Made by a program: the position numbers and the translations under genes. Below, piece after piece: positions 36,527 to 45,498 of a stretch of 64,000 nt of DNA (the first letter of the stretch is position 1; each line of letters starts with the position of its first letter). Source of the DNA: an uncultured bacterium (GTDB taxonomy: Bacteria > Patescibacteriota > Minisyncoccia > Phycocordibacterales > GWA1-40-21); assembly GCA_903831305.1 (NCBI GenBank), contig CAIKXE010000004.1, positions 83,524 through 147,523 on the forward strand, in the 5' to 3' direction. The notes beneath the pieces are model-generated. The model saw only the letters and a program-made list of their open reading frames with translations, did no database searches and was not told the DNA's origin.

Positions 36527-36697
36527 ATGAAAAAGTGGCTTTGGATTGCTCTGATTATCGTGGTGGTGGCTATTATCGGCGCGGGGATGAATAAGGGGAA
36601 GGATACTACAAATATCAAAGTAGGGGCTACCCTCTCTCTTACGGGCAGTTTAGCCTCAATTGGTAAATCAGAAATGATTGCTAGATTGGCAATTTAG
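36527..36697 (+). pseudogene. truncated substrate-binding protein remnant (56 codons: TM anchor + first beta-strand KVGATLSLTGSLASIG)
   Basis: aligns with N-termini of SBP-1/2/3 then stops. Confidence 0.5.
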
Positions 36698-36721
36698 TAA
36701 TTATGTTTGAATTTTATCAAG

Positions 36722-36752
36722 GCAAAAAATCCCTCCCAAACGGGGGATTTTT
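36722..36752 (+). terminator. hairpin aaaatccctccc-aaac-gggggatttt
   Basis: read directly. Confidence 0.55.
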
Positions 36753-36767
36753 TGCTATACTGTATAG

Positions 36768-37520
36768 GTGACTATATTGCGAACACAAAATATTCATAAA
36801 AACTTTGGTGGGGTGAAGGCGGTGGACGGAGTCTCTATTGCTTTCGAGCCGGGGAAAATCACGGGGTTGATAGGGCCGAATGGCTCCGGTAAGTCTACCC
36901 TGATAAACCTTTTGACCGGTATGACTGCCTTTGATAACGGCCTTATTTATATTGGGGAGCATACCCGGCTGGATCATATACACCCTTATGACTTGCCAGA
37001 CTTTGGCATCACCCGGACCTTTCAGGATATCCGCCTGTTTGAACAGATGCCGGTTTTAGATAATATCTTGATTGTGATTACTTCCCGGAATGTGCTCGGC
37101 GCCCTTTTTGAAAAGCATAAAAAGTATCATTTAGATATTGCGGAGAAGGTGCTCCGGCAAGTGGGCTTGTGGGAGAAGAGAGACTGTTTGGCTCATGATT
37201 TGTCATATGGGCAGAGAAAGCTTTTGGAGATTGCTCGGGTACTTGCCCTAAATGAAGATGGTGGTGAGGTGCTCCACACTATTTTATTTGACGAACCGTT
37301 TGCTGGCCTATTTCCGGAGATGATAAAGATCGTTTCAGAGACCCTGTGCCTCCTGCGGTCTCAAGGCAAGACGGTGGTACTGGTGGAGCATAATATGGAT
37401 ATTATCCGGGAATTATCTGATCACGTTATCGTTCTGGATAGTGGCCAGGTGATAGCCGAGGGGACACCGGCCCACGCCCTCTCTCAGGCGAGCGTCATCG
37501 AGGCGTATTTGGGAAAATAG
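36768..37520 (+). CDS. livG: branched-chain amino acid ABC transporter ATP-binding protein (LivG-like), GTG start
   Basis: Walker A GPNGSGKST, signature LSYGQRKLLEIA, Walker B ILFDEP. Confidence 0.85.
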   Translation: MTILRTQNIHKNFGGVKAVDGVSIAFEPGKITGLIGPNGSGKSTLINLLTGMTAFDNGLIYIGEHTRLDHIHPYDLPDFGITRTFQDIRLFEQMPVLDNILIVITSRNVLGALFEKHKKYHLDIAEKVLRQVGLWEKRDCLAHDLSYGQRKLLEIARVLALNEDGGEVLHTILFDEPFAGLFPEMIKIVSETLCLLRSQGKTVVLVEHNMDIIRELSDHVIVLDSGQVIAEGTPAHALSQASVIEAYLGK

Positions 37521-37521
37521 T

Positions 37522-38262
37522 TTATTTCTCCTCAGGGATCATCTCCCACATCACTTCAAATATTTGTTTTATGGCATCATGGATTTTTGAACTTTCAATT
37601 ATTATTCCCAGGCGGTCATCATAGTTTAAAATAGCCGTTTTATTTTTACCATACAAGAGTATCTCATTCTCCAGATTAAACTTTTTAGAATCCAAGGTCC
37701 GAGATTTGCGTAACTGCTCGCTATTTTTGAGAATATACGGTTTTAGCTCCTGGCTGTCTGGTAGGATAGCGCGGATCCAGATGTTTTTCTTTTGCCTTTC
37801 CGGAATATAATATTTTTCCTGAAAGGATTCACTACCAACTGAAGAGGAAGCGGAGAACCAGGATTGGATCTCTTGGTTTGGAGTAGAAAGTGTTTCTCGG
37901 TAGGCCTCCTTTATGCCATCTTCACCTTCAAAATACCGGACAGACGGTTTTTTATCAATCGCTGATCCCAGGGATAAAAGGCTGGCCATATTTTGTTCCA
38001 GTTCTTTTTTATTTTCATCCAGGATCGCTAGAATCACTTTAGGGCTCTGAGCATTATAATATTTCAAATTCCGCCTTTCTGATTGACTGACCAATCCCTT
38101 TTTTATCAAGTTTTCAAGCTCCATATAAGTAGTGGGCCTTTTTATGCCGGACTTTTGGGCAATGCGGGAAGCGGTGGTTTCTCCAAGCTCATAACTGGCT
38201 AGGTAAACTGAGGCCTCCTTAGGGGAGAGGCCAGCCTTAATCAAGGTGTCTAAATGGTTCAT
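37522..38262 (-). CDS. TrmB-family transcriptional regulator (paralog 3)
   Basis: wHTH LSPKEASVYLASYELGETTASRIAQKSGIKRPTTY. Confidence 0.7.
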   Translation of the reverse strand: MNHLDTLIKAGLSPKEASVYLASYELGETTASRIAQKSGIKRPTTYMELENLIKKGLVSQSERRNLKYYNAQSPKVILAILDENKKELEQNMASLLSLGSAIDKKPSVRYFEGEDGIKEAYRETLSTPNQEIQSWFSASSSVGSESFQEKYYIPERQKKNIWIRAILPDSQELKPYILKNSEQLRKSRTLDSKKFNLENEILLYGKNKTAILNYDDRLGIIIESSKIHDAIKQIFEVMWEMIPEEK

Positions 38263-38482
38263 AATTTATTTTAAATATTACTTTGTCAGTAAAATTGACA
38301 ACAGTGTAATAATAGTAATCTTCTATTAGTTTGTCAAGAATAATAAGGATATTTATTAACACGCTCATTTTCATAAAGTGTCAATTTGTATGACTATGTT
38401 GTTATATATTCTCTAGAGTGTATAATATATGGAGATATAAGGTTAATCCTTTTATTTTATTAGTAGTTAATTTTTAAAAAAT

Positions 38483-39607
38483 ATGGAACAAGCAAAAAAG
38501 AGTTGGTGGGTTGTGGGAGTTGTGATATTAATTGTTTTAATTATTATTGTGGTTATTTCTACTAAAAAACCCACAGAGACTGGGCCAATTAAGATTGGTT
38601 TTGTGGCCCCCCTTACTGGGGATGCTGGTGGTATAGGGCAGAGTATAAAGCAAGCGGCTGAGCTAGCGGTGTCTGAAATAAATATGGCCGGTGGTATCAA
38701 TGGGCAAATGGTTACCTTGTTATCAGAGGATGGTAAATGTGACGGTAAGGAGGCAGTAACGGCGGTGACCAAGCTTATCAATGTGGATAAAGTGGGGGTG
38801 ATAGTTGGTGGGGCTTGTTCCTCTGAAACGGTGGCTTCAGCTCCGATCGCGGAGAAGGCCAAGGTGGTGATGCTCTCACCTCTTTCTTCTAGTCCAGCTC
38901 TGACAACGGCAGGAGACTATATCTTCAGGGACTATCCGTCTGACTCCTTTCAGGGAGTAAAGGCGGCGGAATTTGCGGTGAACACCTTGAATGCTAAAAA
39001 GATTGCTATTCTGTCTTGTGTGGATGATTGGTGTCAGGGGGTGGCTCAGGTTTTCAAAGCTAAAGCTATTGCCTTGGGGGCGAGCCTGGTCAGTGAAGAA
39101 AAGTATGAGAAAAGTTCTACTGACCTAAAGACGCAGTTGACCAAGATAAAAGCGGCTAATCCAGACCTGGTATATTTTCTGGGTTATACAGATGGAACTG
39201 TTGTGGGTTTAAAGCAAGCCAAAGAACTAGGCTTGCAAGCTAAAATACTTGGTGGTGATGCGTGGAATGATCCTAAGATTGTGGCCAGTGTTGGTTTGGC
39301 TGCTGAGGGGATAGTCTATCTGGTCCCGACCTCGTTTAAGAATGCTTCATTTGAAACGGCGATGGTAAAAGTAAATGGTGGCAAGGAGATAACCATCGGT
39401 TCAAAGGAATCATATGATGCGGTGAAGATTCTGGCGCAGGTGATGCAGAAAGTCGGTACGGATAGTACCAAGGTAAAGAATGCTTTATACGAGGTCAAGA
39501 ATTATCAAGGAGTGTCTGGCAGTATTTCTTTCGATAAGAATGGAGATATTAGCAGTTCAAGTTATGATGTTAAAGTGATTAAGGGAGGTGTTGCAGTAAA
39601 CTACTAG
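38483..39607 (+). CDS. ABC transporter substrate-binding protein, Leu/Ile/Val-binding family (SBP-3)
   Basis: IKIGFVAPLTGDAGGIGQ; paralog of SBP-1/2. Confidence 0.8.
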   Translation: MEQAKKSWWVVGVVILIVLIIIVVISTKKPTETGPIKIGFVAPLTGDAGGIGQSIKQAAELAVSEINMAGGINGQMVTLLSEDGKCDGKEAVTAVTKLINVDKVGVIVGGACSSETVASAPIAEKAKVVMLSPLSSSPALTTAGDYIFRDYPSDSFQGVKAAEFAVNTLNAKKIAILSCVDDWCQGVAQVFKAKAIALGASLVSEEKYEKSSTDLKTQLTKIKAANPDLVYFLGYTDGTVVGLKQAKELGLQAKILGGDAWNDPKIVASVGLAAEGIVYLVPTSFKNASFETAMVKVNGGKEITIGSKESYDAVKILAQVMQKVGTDSTKVKNALYEVKNYQGVSGSISFDKNGDISSSSYDVKVIKGGVAVNY

Positions 39608-39633
39608 GATCTTAAGAAGAAATAAATAAAACA

Positions 39634-39663
39634 AAAACCCGCTTATTGTTGCGGGTTTTTGTT
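39634..39663 (+). terminator. hairpin aaaaacccgc-ttattgtt-gcgggttttt
   Basis: read directly. Confidence 0.65.
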
Positions 39664-39686
39664 TATAGGTTAATATATAAAGACAC

Positions 39687-40361
39687 ATGGAACCAGAAAA
39701 AATGGAGATAATTGAAAAACCGCAATTCACTAGAAAAGTATTTTGGGACAACCCTTATCTAACAGAATTGAAAGCTAAGATAACTAGCGTGGAGGATAAT
39801 AATATTACACTGAATCAAACTATCTTTTATGCTTTTTCTGGTGGTCAGGAAAGTGACGAAGGCACAATTGGAGGTAATCATGTTCTGCAAGCGAAAAAGG
39901 AAGGGAAAAATATTATTTACACCATAGAAAGTGGTAAGTGTTATAATGTGGGTGATGAGGTAACGATAAGTATTGATTGGGCGAGACGGTATGAGCTGAT
40001 GAAACTACATTTTGCTGCGGAAATTGTATTGGAATTGATGTACAAGAAATTTCCCGGCATCGAGAAACTGGGAGCTCACATTGCTTTTAATAAAGCGAGG
40101 ATAGATTTTAAATATGATGGAAGTCTGGCAGATATTTTGTCCGAAATAGAAAAGGTAGCCAATGAAATCATTAGCAATAAAGTAGTAGTTAAGAGTGATT
40201 TTAGTGATATTGAAAATGAACGAAGATACTGGGAGATTACAGGTTTTGCTCAGGTGCCCTGTGGAGGAACTCATATTAAAAATACCGGTGAGATTGGACG
40301 TGTTGAATTAAAACGAAAGACAGCTGGTAAAGGAAAAGAGAGAATTGAAATCAATCTTTAA
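39687..40361 (+). CDS. AlaX-like tRNA editing domain protein (Ala/Thr-tRNA synthetase second additional domain)
   Basis: conserved CGGTH motif (VPCGGTHIKNTGEIG) and H..H region characteristic of AlaRS-type editing domains. Confidence 0.55.
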   Translation: MEPEKMEIIEKPQFTRKVFWDNPYLTELKAKITSVEDNNITLNQTIFYAFSGGQESDEGTIGGNHVLQAKKEGKNIIYTIESGKCYNVGDEVTISIDWARRYELMKLHFAAEIVLELMYKKFPGIEKLGAHIAFNKARIDFKYDGSLADILSEIEKVANEIISNKVVVKSDFSDIENERRYWEITGFAQVPCGGTHIKNTGEIGRVELKRKTAGKGKERIEINL

Positions 40362-40402
40362 AAGATGATTTTAGCGGGGAAATACCGTATAATGAAGAGA
40401 CG

Positions 40403-41134
40403 ATGAAAAAAGAAGGGAAAGAACAACTCTTAAAACTAGAAAATATCAGTGTGAACTTTGGCGGGGTGCAAGCCTTGAAGGGTGTTTCTCTGTCATTTGA
40501 TGAGGGGGAGATAGTGGCCTTGATGGGTCCAAACGGGGCTGGCAAATCTACTGTGCTAAAGGCGATCTTTGGCCTAGTGGAGACGGCTGGTGGTAAGGTG
40601 CTGTGGCATGAGCAGGAGATTCGGCCTGTACCGCATGAGGTGGTCAAGCTCGGTATCTCTTTTGTGCCCCAGGGCCGGCGGGTATTTAAATATTTGACCG
40701 TGAAGGAAAATCTGGAGCTAGGCGGAGTCACAATAAAGAATAAGAATATTTTGAAGGAAAGGCTGGAAGAAGTGCTGGTCCTGTTCCCGGCTTTGCGGGA
40801 AAAGCTTTCCGCCAAGACCGGGGCGCTGTCCGGTGGACAACAGCAGATGGTGGCGATAGCCAGGGGACTCATCACTGATCCCAAGATATTGCTTTTAGAT
40901 GAGCCGTCACTTGGGCTATCACCTAAGATTGTGGGCGAAGTCTTTCAAAAAATTAAGGAAATAAATGAAAAGAGAAAGATGACTATAGTGGTGGTGGAGC
41001 ATAATATTAAGTCGCTCTTGCCCATCACCGACCGGGCCTATATTTTAGATAAAGGGGTGCTGGTTCATACTGGTGTGGGTACAGAAATCCTAAAAGATAA
41101 TATTTTAGAGAAGGTGTTTTTGGCCAAAATCTAA
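40403..41134 (+). CDS. livF: branched-chain amino acid ABC transporter ATP-binding protein (LivF-like)
   Basis: Walker A GPNGAGKST, signature LSGGQQQMVAIA, Walker B LLLDEPS. Confidence 0.85.
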   Translation: MKKEGKEQLLKLENISVNFGGVQALKGVSLSFDEGEIVALMGPNGAGKSTVLKAIFGLVETAGGKVLWHEQEIRPVPHEVVKLGISFVPQGRRVFKYLTVKENLELGGVTIKNKNILKERLEEVLVLFPALREKLSAKTGALSGGQQQMVAIARGLITDPKILLLDEPSLGLSPKIVGEVFQKIKEINEKRKMTIVVVEHNIKSLLPITDRAYILDKGVLVHTGVGTEILKDNILEKVFLAKI

Positions 41135-41143
41135 TTGCTATTT

Positions 41144-41219
41144 TGGTGGGCGGTATAGGACTTGAACCTATGACCCTTCGCGTGTAAAGCGAGCGCTCTA
41201 CCAACTGAGCTAACCGCCC
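41144..41219 (-). tRNA. tRNA-Val (anticodon UAC), CCA encoded
   Basis: acceptor GGGCGGT/ACCGCCC, anticodon loop TTTACAC, T arm TAGGTTCAAGTCCTA. Confidence 0.8.
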
Positions 41220-41287
41220 CCTAGGTAAAAGATTAGCTTAAAATCAGGGATAATGCAATTTTTTCTTTTTTATGTTAGAACTTATAT

Positions 41288-42025
41288 ATGGAAATACCTG
41301 TTTTATATGAAGACAAGAATATGCTGGCGGTGAATAAACCGTCTGGTCTTGTGATACACACAGATGGCCGGACCAAGGAGCCGGCTCTGACGGATTGGAT
41401 TAAAGATAAATGCCCCAAGTGTGAGGATGTGGGGGAACCACTGGAGATCGGCACCGGACAAATGATCAAGCGGTACGGGATAGTGCACCGGATTGACCGA
41501 GAGACTTCCGGGATAGTCCTTATTGCCAAGAATCAGGAAACTTATGAGTTTCTGAAAAATCAGTTTTTAAAACGCGAGATAGAAAAGTTTTATCACGCTA
41601 TTGTCCATGGTGATGTGTGTTATGATGAGGGAATAATTAATTTGGCGATTGGCCGAAATAAAAGTGACTTCCGCAAGCGCGCTACTGGCAAAGCAGTGCG
41701 CGGGGAGGTCAAGGAGGCTATCACTCACTATAAAACTCTGGCTCGGAAGGAGAAAATATCTTTTATTGAAGCTAATCCGCGGACCGGCCGGACACATCAG
41801 CTTCGAGTGCACTTTGCGGATATTGGGCACCCGATCGTGGGGGATAGGCTGTATTCTGTACCCCGCAAATCACCTTTAGAGATCACCCGTTTAGCCTTGC
41901 ATGCTTATGCTATAGAATTTGAAATCCCCCCTAATTCCGAGGAACGGGCAGGTGGTGGTAACTTGACCAAAATTATCGCTCCTTATCCTCCTGATTTTCA
42001 AAAAGCGGTGGATTTCTTTAAGTAA
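41288..42025 (+). CDS. RluA-family pseudouridine synthase
   Basis: HRIDRETSGIVLIAKN catalytic Asp motif; no S4 domain. Confidence 0.85.
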   Translation: MEIPVLYEDKNMLAVNKPSGLVIHTDGRTKEPALTDWIKDKCPKCEDVGEPLEIGTGQMIKRYGIVHRIDRETSGIVLIAKNQETYEFLKNQFLKREIEKFYHAIVHGDVCYDEGIINLAIGRNKSDFRKRATGKAVRGEVKEAITHYKTLARKEKISFIEANPRTGRTHQLRVHFADIGHPIVGDRLYSVPRKSPLEITRLALHAYAIEFEIPPNSEERAGGGNLTKIIAPYPPDFQKAVDFFK

Positions 42026-42203
42026 CTGGTTTTTCATCAGTCCTCTTTTTCACCACATCCTTTTCCGGGTACGAATTTTTTCTGCTAAAAAAATTCTCCG
42101 TTTTCGCCTCAGTCAGGCTCAAAAGCCCCTCCAAAGGAAGATGGTTCAACGAGGACCTTTTAAACGATTTGCGAAAAAGGAATATCTGTGCTAGATTACG
42201 GGG

Positions 42204-42593
42204 ATGAAAATTTCAACGGTAAACATTGAAGAAAGGAAGAAACTGGTCCTCAAGGCCGGTGATACGGTGCGTGTTCACCAGAAGATTGTGGAAGGTGACA
42301 AGTCCCGAATCCAGATTTTTGAAGGTTTAGTCATTGGCCGTAAGCATGGTGATGAAGCCGGTGGTACTATCACTGTCCGTAAGGTGATTGATGGGGTAGG
42401 GGTAGAGAGAATCTTCCCATTTTACTCTCCAAACATTGCTAAATTTGAAGTTGTCAGAAAGTCCAAGACCCGCCGTTCCAAGCTCTACAATATCCGAGAC
42501 AAAGCCGCCAAGGAAATCCGTCGTAAGATGAAAAACATCATCAATGCTAAGGAACCAGTAGAAGTAGCCGAGGCTCCAGCTGAAACTAAATAA
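42204..42593 (+). CDS. rplS: 50S ribosomal protein L19
   Basis: typical L19 sequence ([22 protein letters not shown]). Confidence 0.9.
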   Translation: MKISTVNIEERKKLVLKAGDTVRVHQKIVEGDKSRIQIFEGLVIGRKHGDEAGGTITVRKVIDGVGVERIFPFYSPNIAKFEVVRKSKTRRSKLYNIRDKAAKEIRRKMKNIINAKEPVEVAEAPAETK

Positions 42594-42602
42594 ATTAAAT
42601 TT

Positions 42603-42632
42603 AAAAACCCCGGTTATGATAACCGGGGTTTT
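42603..42632 (+). terminator. hairpin aaaaccccggttat-ga-ataaccggggtttt
   Basis: perfect palindrome; shares the CCCCGGTTAT 10-mer with repeat copy B. Confidence 0.7.
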
Positions 42633-42696
42633 TAGTTGTATATTAATTGGTAGACGCTACAGGTTTGAGGTATTTCTTTTAGCGTGATACATTTAT

Positions 42697-43377
42697 GTGA
42701 TGGGAAAGCGTGGCCCAAAACCAAAATATTTAGTTTCAACTGTTTGGCGATTTGGCCTCGCTTACGCGGTTGGTTTATTGGCCTCTGATGGATGCCTTTC
42801 TTGTGATGGCAGGCATATTGATTTAACTTCGATAGACATAGAGCAATTAGAAAATTTTAACAAGGCACTAGGATTAAATTTTGAAATCGGGTTCAAGGAT
42901 AGAAATTCTAAAAGTAATAATACTGCATACAGGGTTCAAATTTCAAGTGTTTTGTTCTATGAGTTTCTAGAAGGAATCGGTTTTACAAAAAAGAAGTCCC
43001 TGACAATAAAGGAGATAAATTTACCAGATAAGTATTTTGCAGATTTTCTTAGAGGACTATTTGATGGGGATGGGTGTAGCTATTCCTATTGGGACAAGAG
43101 ATGGAGGTCTAGTTTTATGTTTTATGTTGGATTTTGTTCTGGAAGCACTGCCTTTGTTAGTTGGTTACAAGAAAAAATTAAAAAACAAGTAAAGGTAAAA
43201 GGACATATTACTAAATCAAAAAGAAAAAACTTTTATTATCAGTTAAAGTATTCAAAATATGAAGCTGTAAAACTGGTCGGTTTTTTATATAAAAATGGTA
43301 ATGTTATTAAATTAAATAGAAAGTACTTGAAAATAATGAAAACTTTAGGTACTATGAGGAAGTTAGGTGAGATTTAG
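42697..43377 (+). CDS. free-standing double-motif LAGLIDADG homing endonuclease
   Basis: two LAGLIDADG motifs (LLASDGCLS and GLFDGDGCS) ~100 aa apart; ends 1 nt before tRNA-Leu. Confidence 0.75.
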   Translation: MMGKRGPKPKYLVSTVWRFGLAYAVGLLASDGCLSCDGRHIDLTSIDIEQLENFNKALGLNFEIGFKDRNSKSNNTAYRVQISSVLFYEFLEGIGFTKKKSLTIKEINLPDKYFADFLRGLFDGDGCSYSYWDKRWRSSFMFYVGFCSGSTAFVSWLQEKIKKQVKVKGHITKSKRKNFYYQLKYSKYEAVKLVGFLYKNGNVIKLNRKYLKIMKTLGTMRKLGEI

Positions 43378-43462
43378 GCCTGGGTGGCGAAACTGGCTAG
43401 ACGCACTACCTTGAGGTGGTAGCGGGAGCAATCCTATGGAGGTTCAAATCCTCTCCCAGGCA
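43378..43462 (+). tRNA. tRNA-Leu (anticodon GAG)
   Basis: acceptor GCCTGGG/CCCAGGC, anticodon stem CTACC/GGTAG loop TTGAGGT, long variable arm, T arm GAGGTTCAAATCCTC. Confidence 0.8.
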
Positions 43463-43466
43463 CAAT

Positions 43467-43997
43467 ATGTTATATACACGTAAAGGTGATAAAGGCAAAA
43501 CGCAAATCTTTGGCTGTAATCAAAAGCTGTCTAAAAGCTCGGTGATTGCCGAGGCTTTGGGGACACTGGATGAGGCTAATTCTTTTCTTGGTGTAATAAA
43601 ATCCAAGACAATAGATAAAAAGTTAGGCACTGTTATTAATAATGTTCAGGAAAATCTTTTTATTATTCAAGCTGAGGTGGCCGGGGCGGATAAAAGGATA
43701 ACTAGGACCAAGGTATTAGAGCTTGAAAAGATTATTAATCAGATTGAAAAGGAATTACCCCCTATCAAATCTTTTTTTATTTCTGGGGCATCAGAAACTT
43801 CAGCCCTATTTGATTTTGCGCGTACTCTTGCGCGGCGAGCGGAGAGGCGAGCGGTCCAGGTAGCCGAGGAAGGGGTGGCAAAGGTGGGTCCAGAGACCCT
43901 GGCTTACTTAAACCGCCTGTCCAGCTTATTATACGCTTTGGCTAGACAATCAGCCCATAAGAGTGGGTTTAGGGAAGCTATTCCTAAGTATAAATAA
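43467..43997 (+). CDS. PduO-type ATP:cob(I)alamin adenosyltransferase-like protein
   Basis: N-terminal MLYTRKGDKGKT and overall helical-bundle pattern typical of PduO/MMAB family. Confidence 0.55.
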   Translation: MLYTRKGDKGKTQIFGCNQKLSKSSVIAEALGTLDEANSFLGVIKSKTIDKKLGTVINNVQENLFIIQAEVAGADKRITRTKVLELEKIINQIEKELPPIKSFFISGASETSALFDFARTLARRAERRAVQVAEEGVAKVGPETLAYLNRLSSLLYALARQSAHKSGFREAIPKYK

Positions 43998-44060
43998 TAT
44001 ATTTTTTAACCACAGATTTGAGTATTTACATTAACTGATGATTTTTGTATACTTATAAAT

Positions 44061-44534
44061 ATGGATGATTTTAATTGTGATTTTTGTGGTAATAAATTTA
44101 AAAAGAAGAAATCTCAAGTAAAGTTGAGTTTTAAACACTATTGTTCCAGGGTCTGTTCAGAAGGGGGAAGAAAAAATGGTAAACTCGTCCTGTGCTATGT
44201 TTGTAAAATACCTATTTATAAAAAGTTAAAGGATTTAGGTTCTTCAAAGAGTGGTAAGTATTTTTGTGGTCACGTTTGTTGTAATATCTGGACCGGAAAG
44301 AAACAAAGAGCAGAAAACCACCCTAATTGGGTTAATGGAAAGGCCTCGTATAAAAATATTTTAAAAAGGTCAGATTTTTTAAAAGAATGTATTCTGTGCG
44401 GAAAGAATGATATCAGGGTACTTTGTGTCCATCATCTAGATAAAAATAGGAAGAATAATACAATCCAAAACCTGGTTTGGTTATGTCAAAACTGTCATTT
44501 CCTAGTTCATCGATATAATAAAGAAATAAAATGA
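44061..44534 (+). CDS. HNH endonuclease with N-terminal Cys-rich zinc-finger repeats (paralog 1)
   Basis: HHLDKNRKNN...NLVWLCQNCH HNH motif; four CxxC pairs. Confidence 0.7.
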   Translation: MDDFNCDFCGNKFKKKKSQVKLSFKHYCSRVCSEGGRKNGKLVLCYVCKIPIYKKLKDLGSSKSGKYFCGHVCCNIWTGKKQRAENHPNWVNGKASYKNILKRSDFLKECILCGKNDIRVLCVHHLDKNRKNNTIQNLVWLCQNCHFLVHRYNKEIK

Positions 44535-45037
44535 AAGCTTTTTGCAAAATTTGTAGAACTAAATTTTCCCCTAGACCATCCCATGTAAAAAGAGGCTGGG
44601 GGTTATTTTGCTCAAGAGGTTGTAAGAATGTGGGTACTCGCGTTAGACAGAAAGTGTATTGTTTTATCTGTAGTAAGGAATTGTTCAAGACAGCTACGCA
44701 GATCAATCATTCAAAAAGTGGAAAATATTTTTGTGATAAATCGTGCCAGACAATTTGGAGGAATAGCCAATTTACTGGTTTAAGGCATTCAAATTTTAAG
44801 TCAGGTAGTCATACTTATCAAAGTATTTTAAAACGTAATAAGGTTTTTCAAACTTGTGGGTTTTGTGGCGAAAAGGATATAAGGGTTTTAGTTACACACC
44901 ACGTCGACGAAAACCATAGTAACAATGATCTCAATAATTTGGCTTGGCTCTGTCATAATTGCCATACACTGGTACATTATGCTAATGTAGAGAAGCGAAG
45001 GTTTCTTGTTAAACACAATAAGAGCCAGAGCAAATAA
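44531..45037 (+). CDS. HNH endonuclease with N-terminal Cys-rich repeats (paralog 2, overlaps paralog 1 by 4 nt)
   Basis: HHVDENHSNNDLNNLAWLCHNCH; KSGKYFC shared with paralog 1. Confidence 0.7.
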   Translation: MKAFCKICRTKFSPRPSHVKRGWGLFCSRGCKNVGTRVRQKVYCFICSKELFKTATQINHSKSGKYFCDKSCQTIWRNSQFTGLRHSNFKSGSHTYQSILKRNKVFQTCGFCGEKDIRVLVTHHVDENHSNNDLNNLAWLCHNCHTLVHYANVEKRRFLVKHNKSQSK

Positions 45038-45038
45038 T

Positions 45039-45112
45039 GGTAGCTATAGCTCAACTGGTAGAGCGTCCGCCTGTGGCGCGGAAGGTTACCGGATCATACC
45101 CGGTTAGCTACC
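45039..45112 (+). tRNA. tRNA-His (anticodon GUG) with encoded G-1
   Basis: G-1 : C73 pair, acceptor GTAGCTA/TAGCTAC, anticodon stem TCCGC/GCGGA loop CTGTGGC. Confidence 0.75.
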
Positions 45113-45498
45113 CAATATTTATTTTTGTAAGTATCTTCTTATTTTACTTTGTGTTTTGAAGTCTATTTTGATATGATTTCTAGATGCAGCAGTTATATTA
45201 TGAGTCTCCCGATAAAAAGAACCACGTAAAGGAATTATTTAGTTCACCTTTTGTTGGTCTTTGGAATTTTTATCGATAATATTCAGTCGGTCGCTGCTGT
45301 CCTATTATTTATTTTTAGGGCGGGTATTGATTCTGTTTTTTCTTTTTATAATGCTTTTCCTGGCAAAGACAACTCTGGGATGATAGACAGGATTTAGAAG
45401 GAGAAGCTCTTTGGCTGAACGTTCCAAATCTTTAATTGCTATTAAGTGTAATTCTTTGTATAATCTAACTATTATTAATAGCCTTAAACACCATAAGA

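Noticed and set aside
40351-40884. ORF 40351..40884 (-) 177 aa and similar long antisense ORFs (4369..4680, 8389..8711, 12524..12922, 34768..35151, 54969..55268, 56520..56925)
   Set aside because: They are entirely antisense to well-supported conserved genes (livF, tyrS, pilB, polA, the island REC-like gene, the large ATPase). They have no independent start context and are shadow ORFs.
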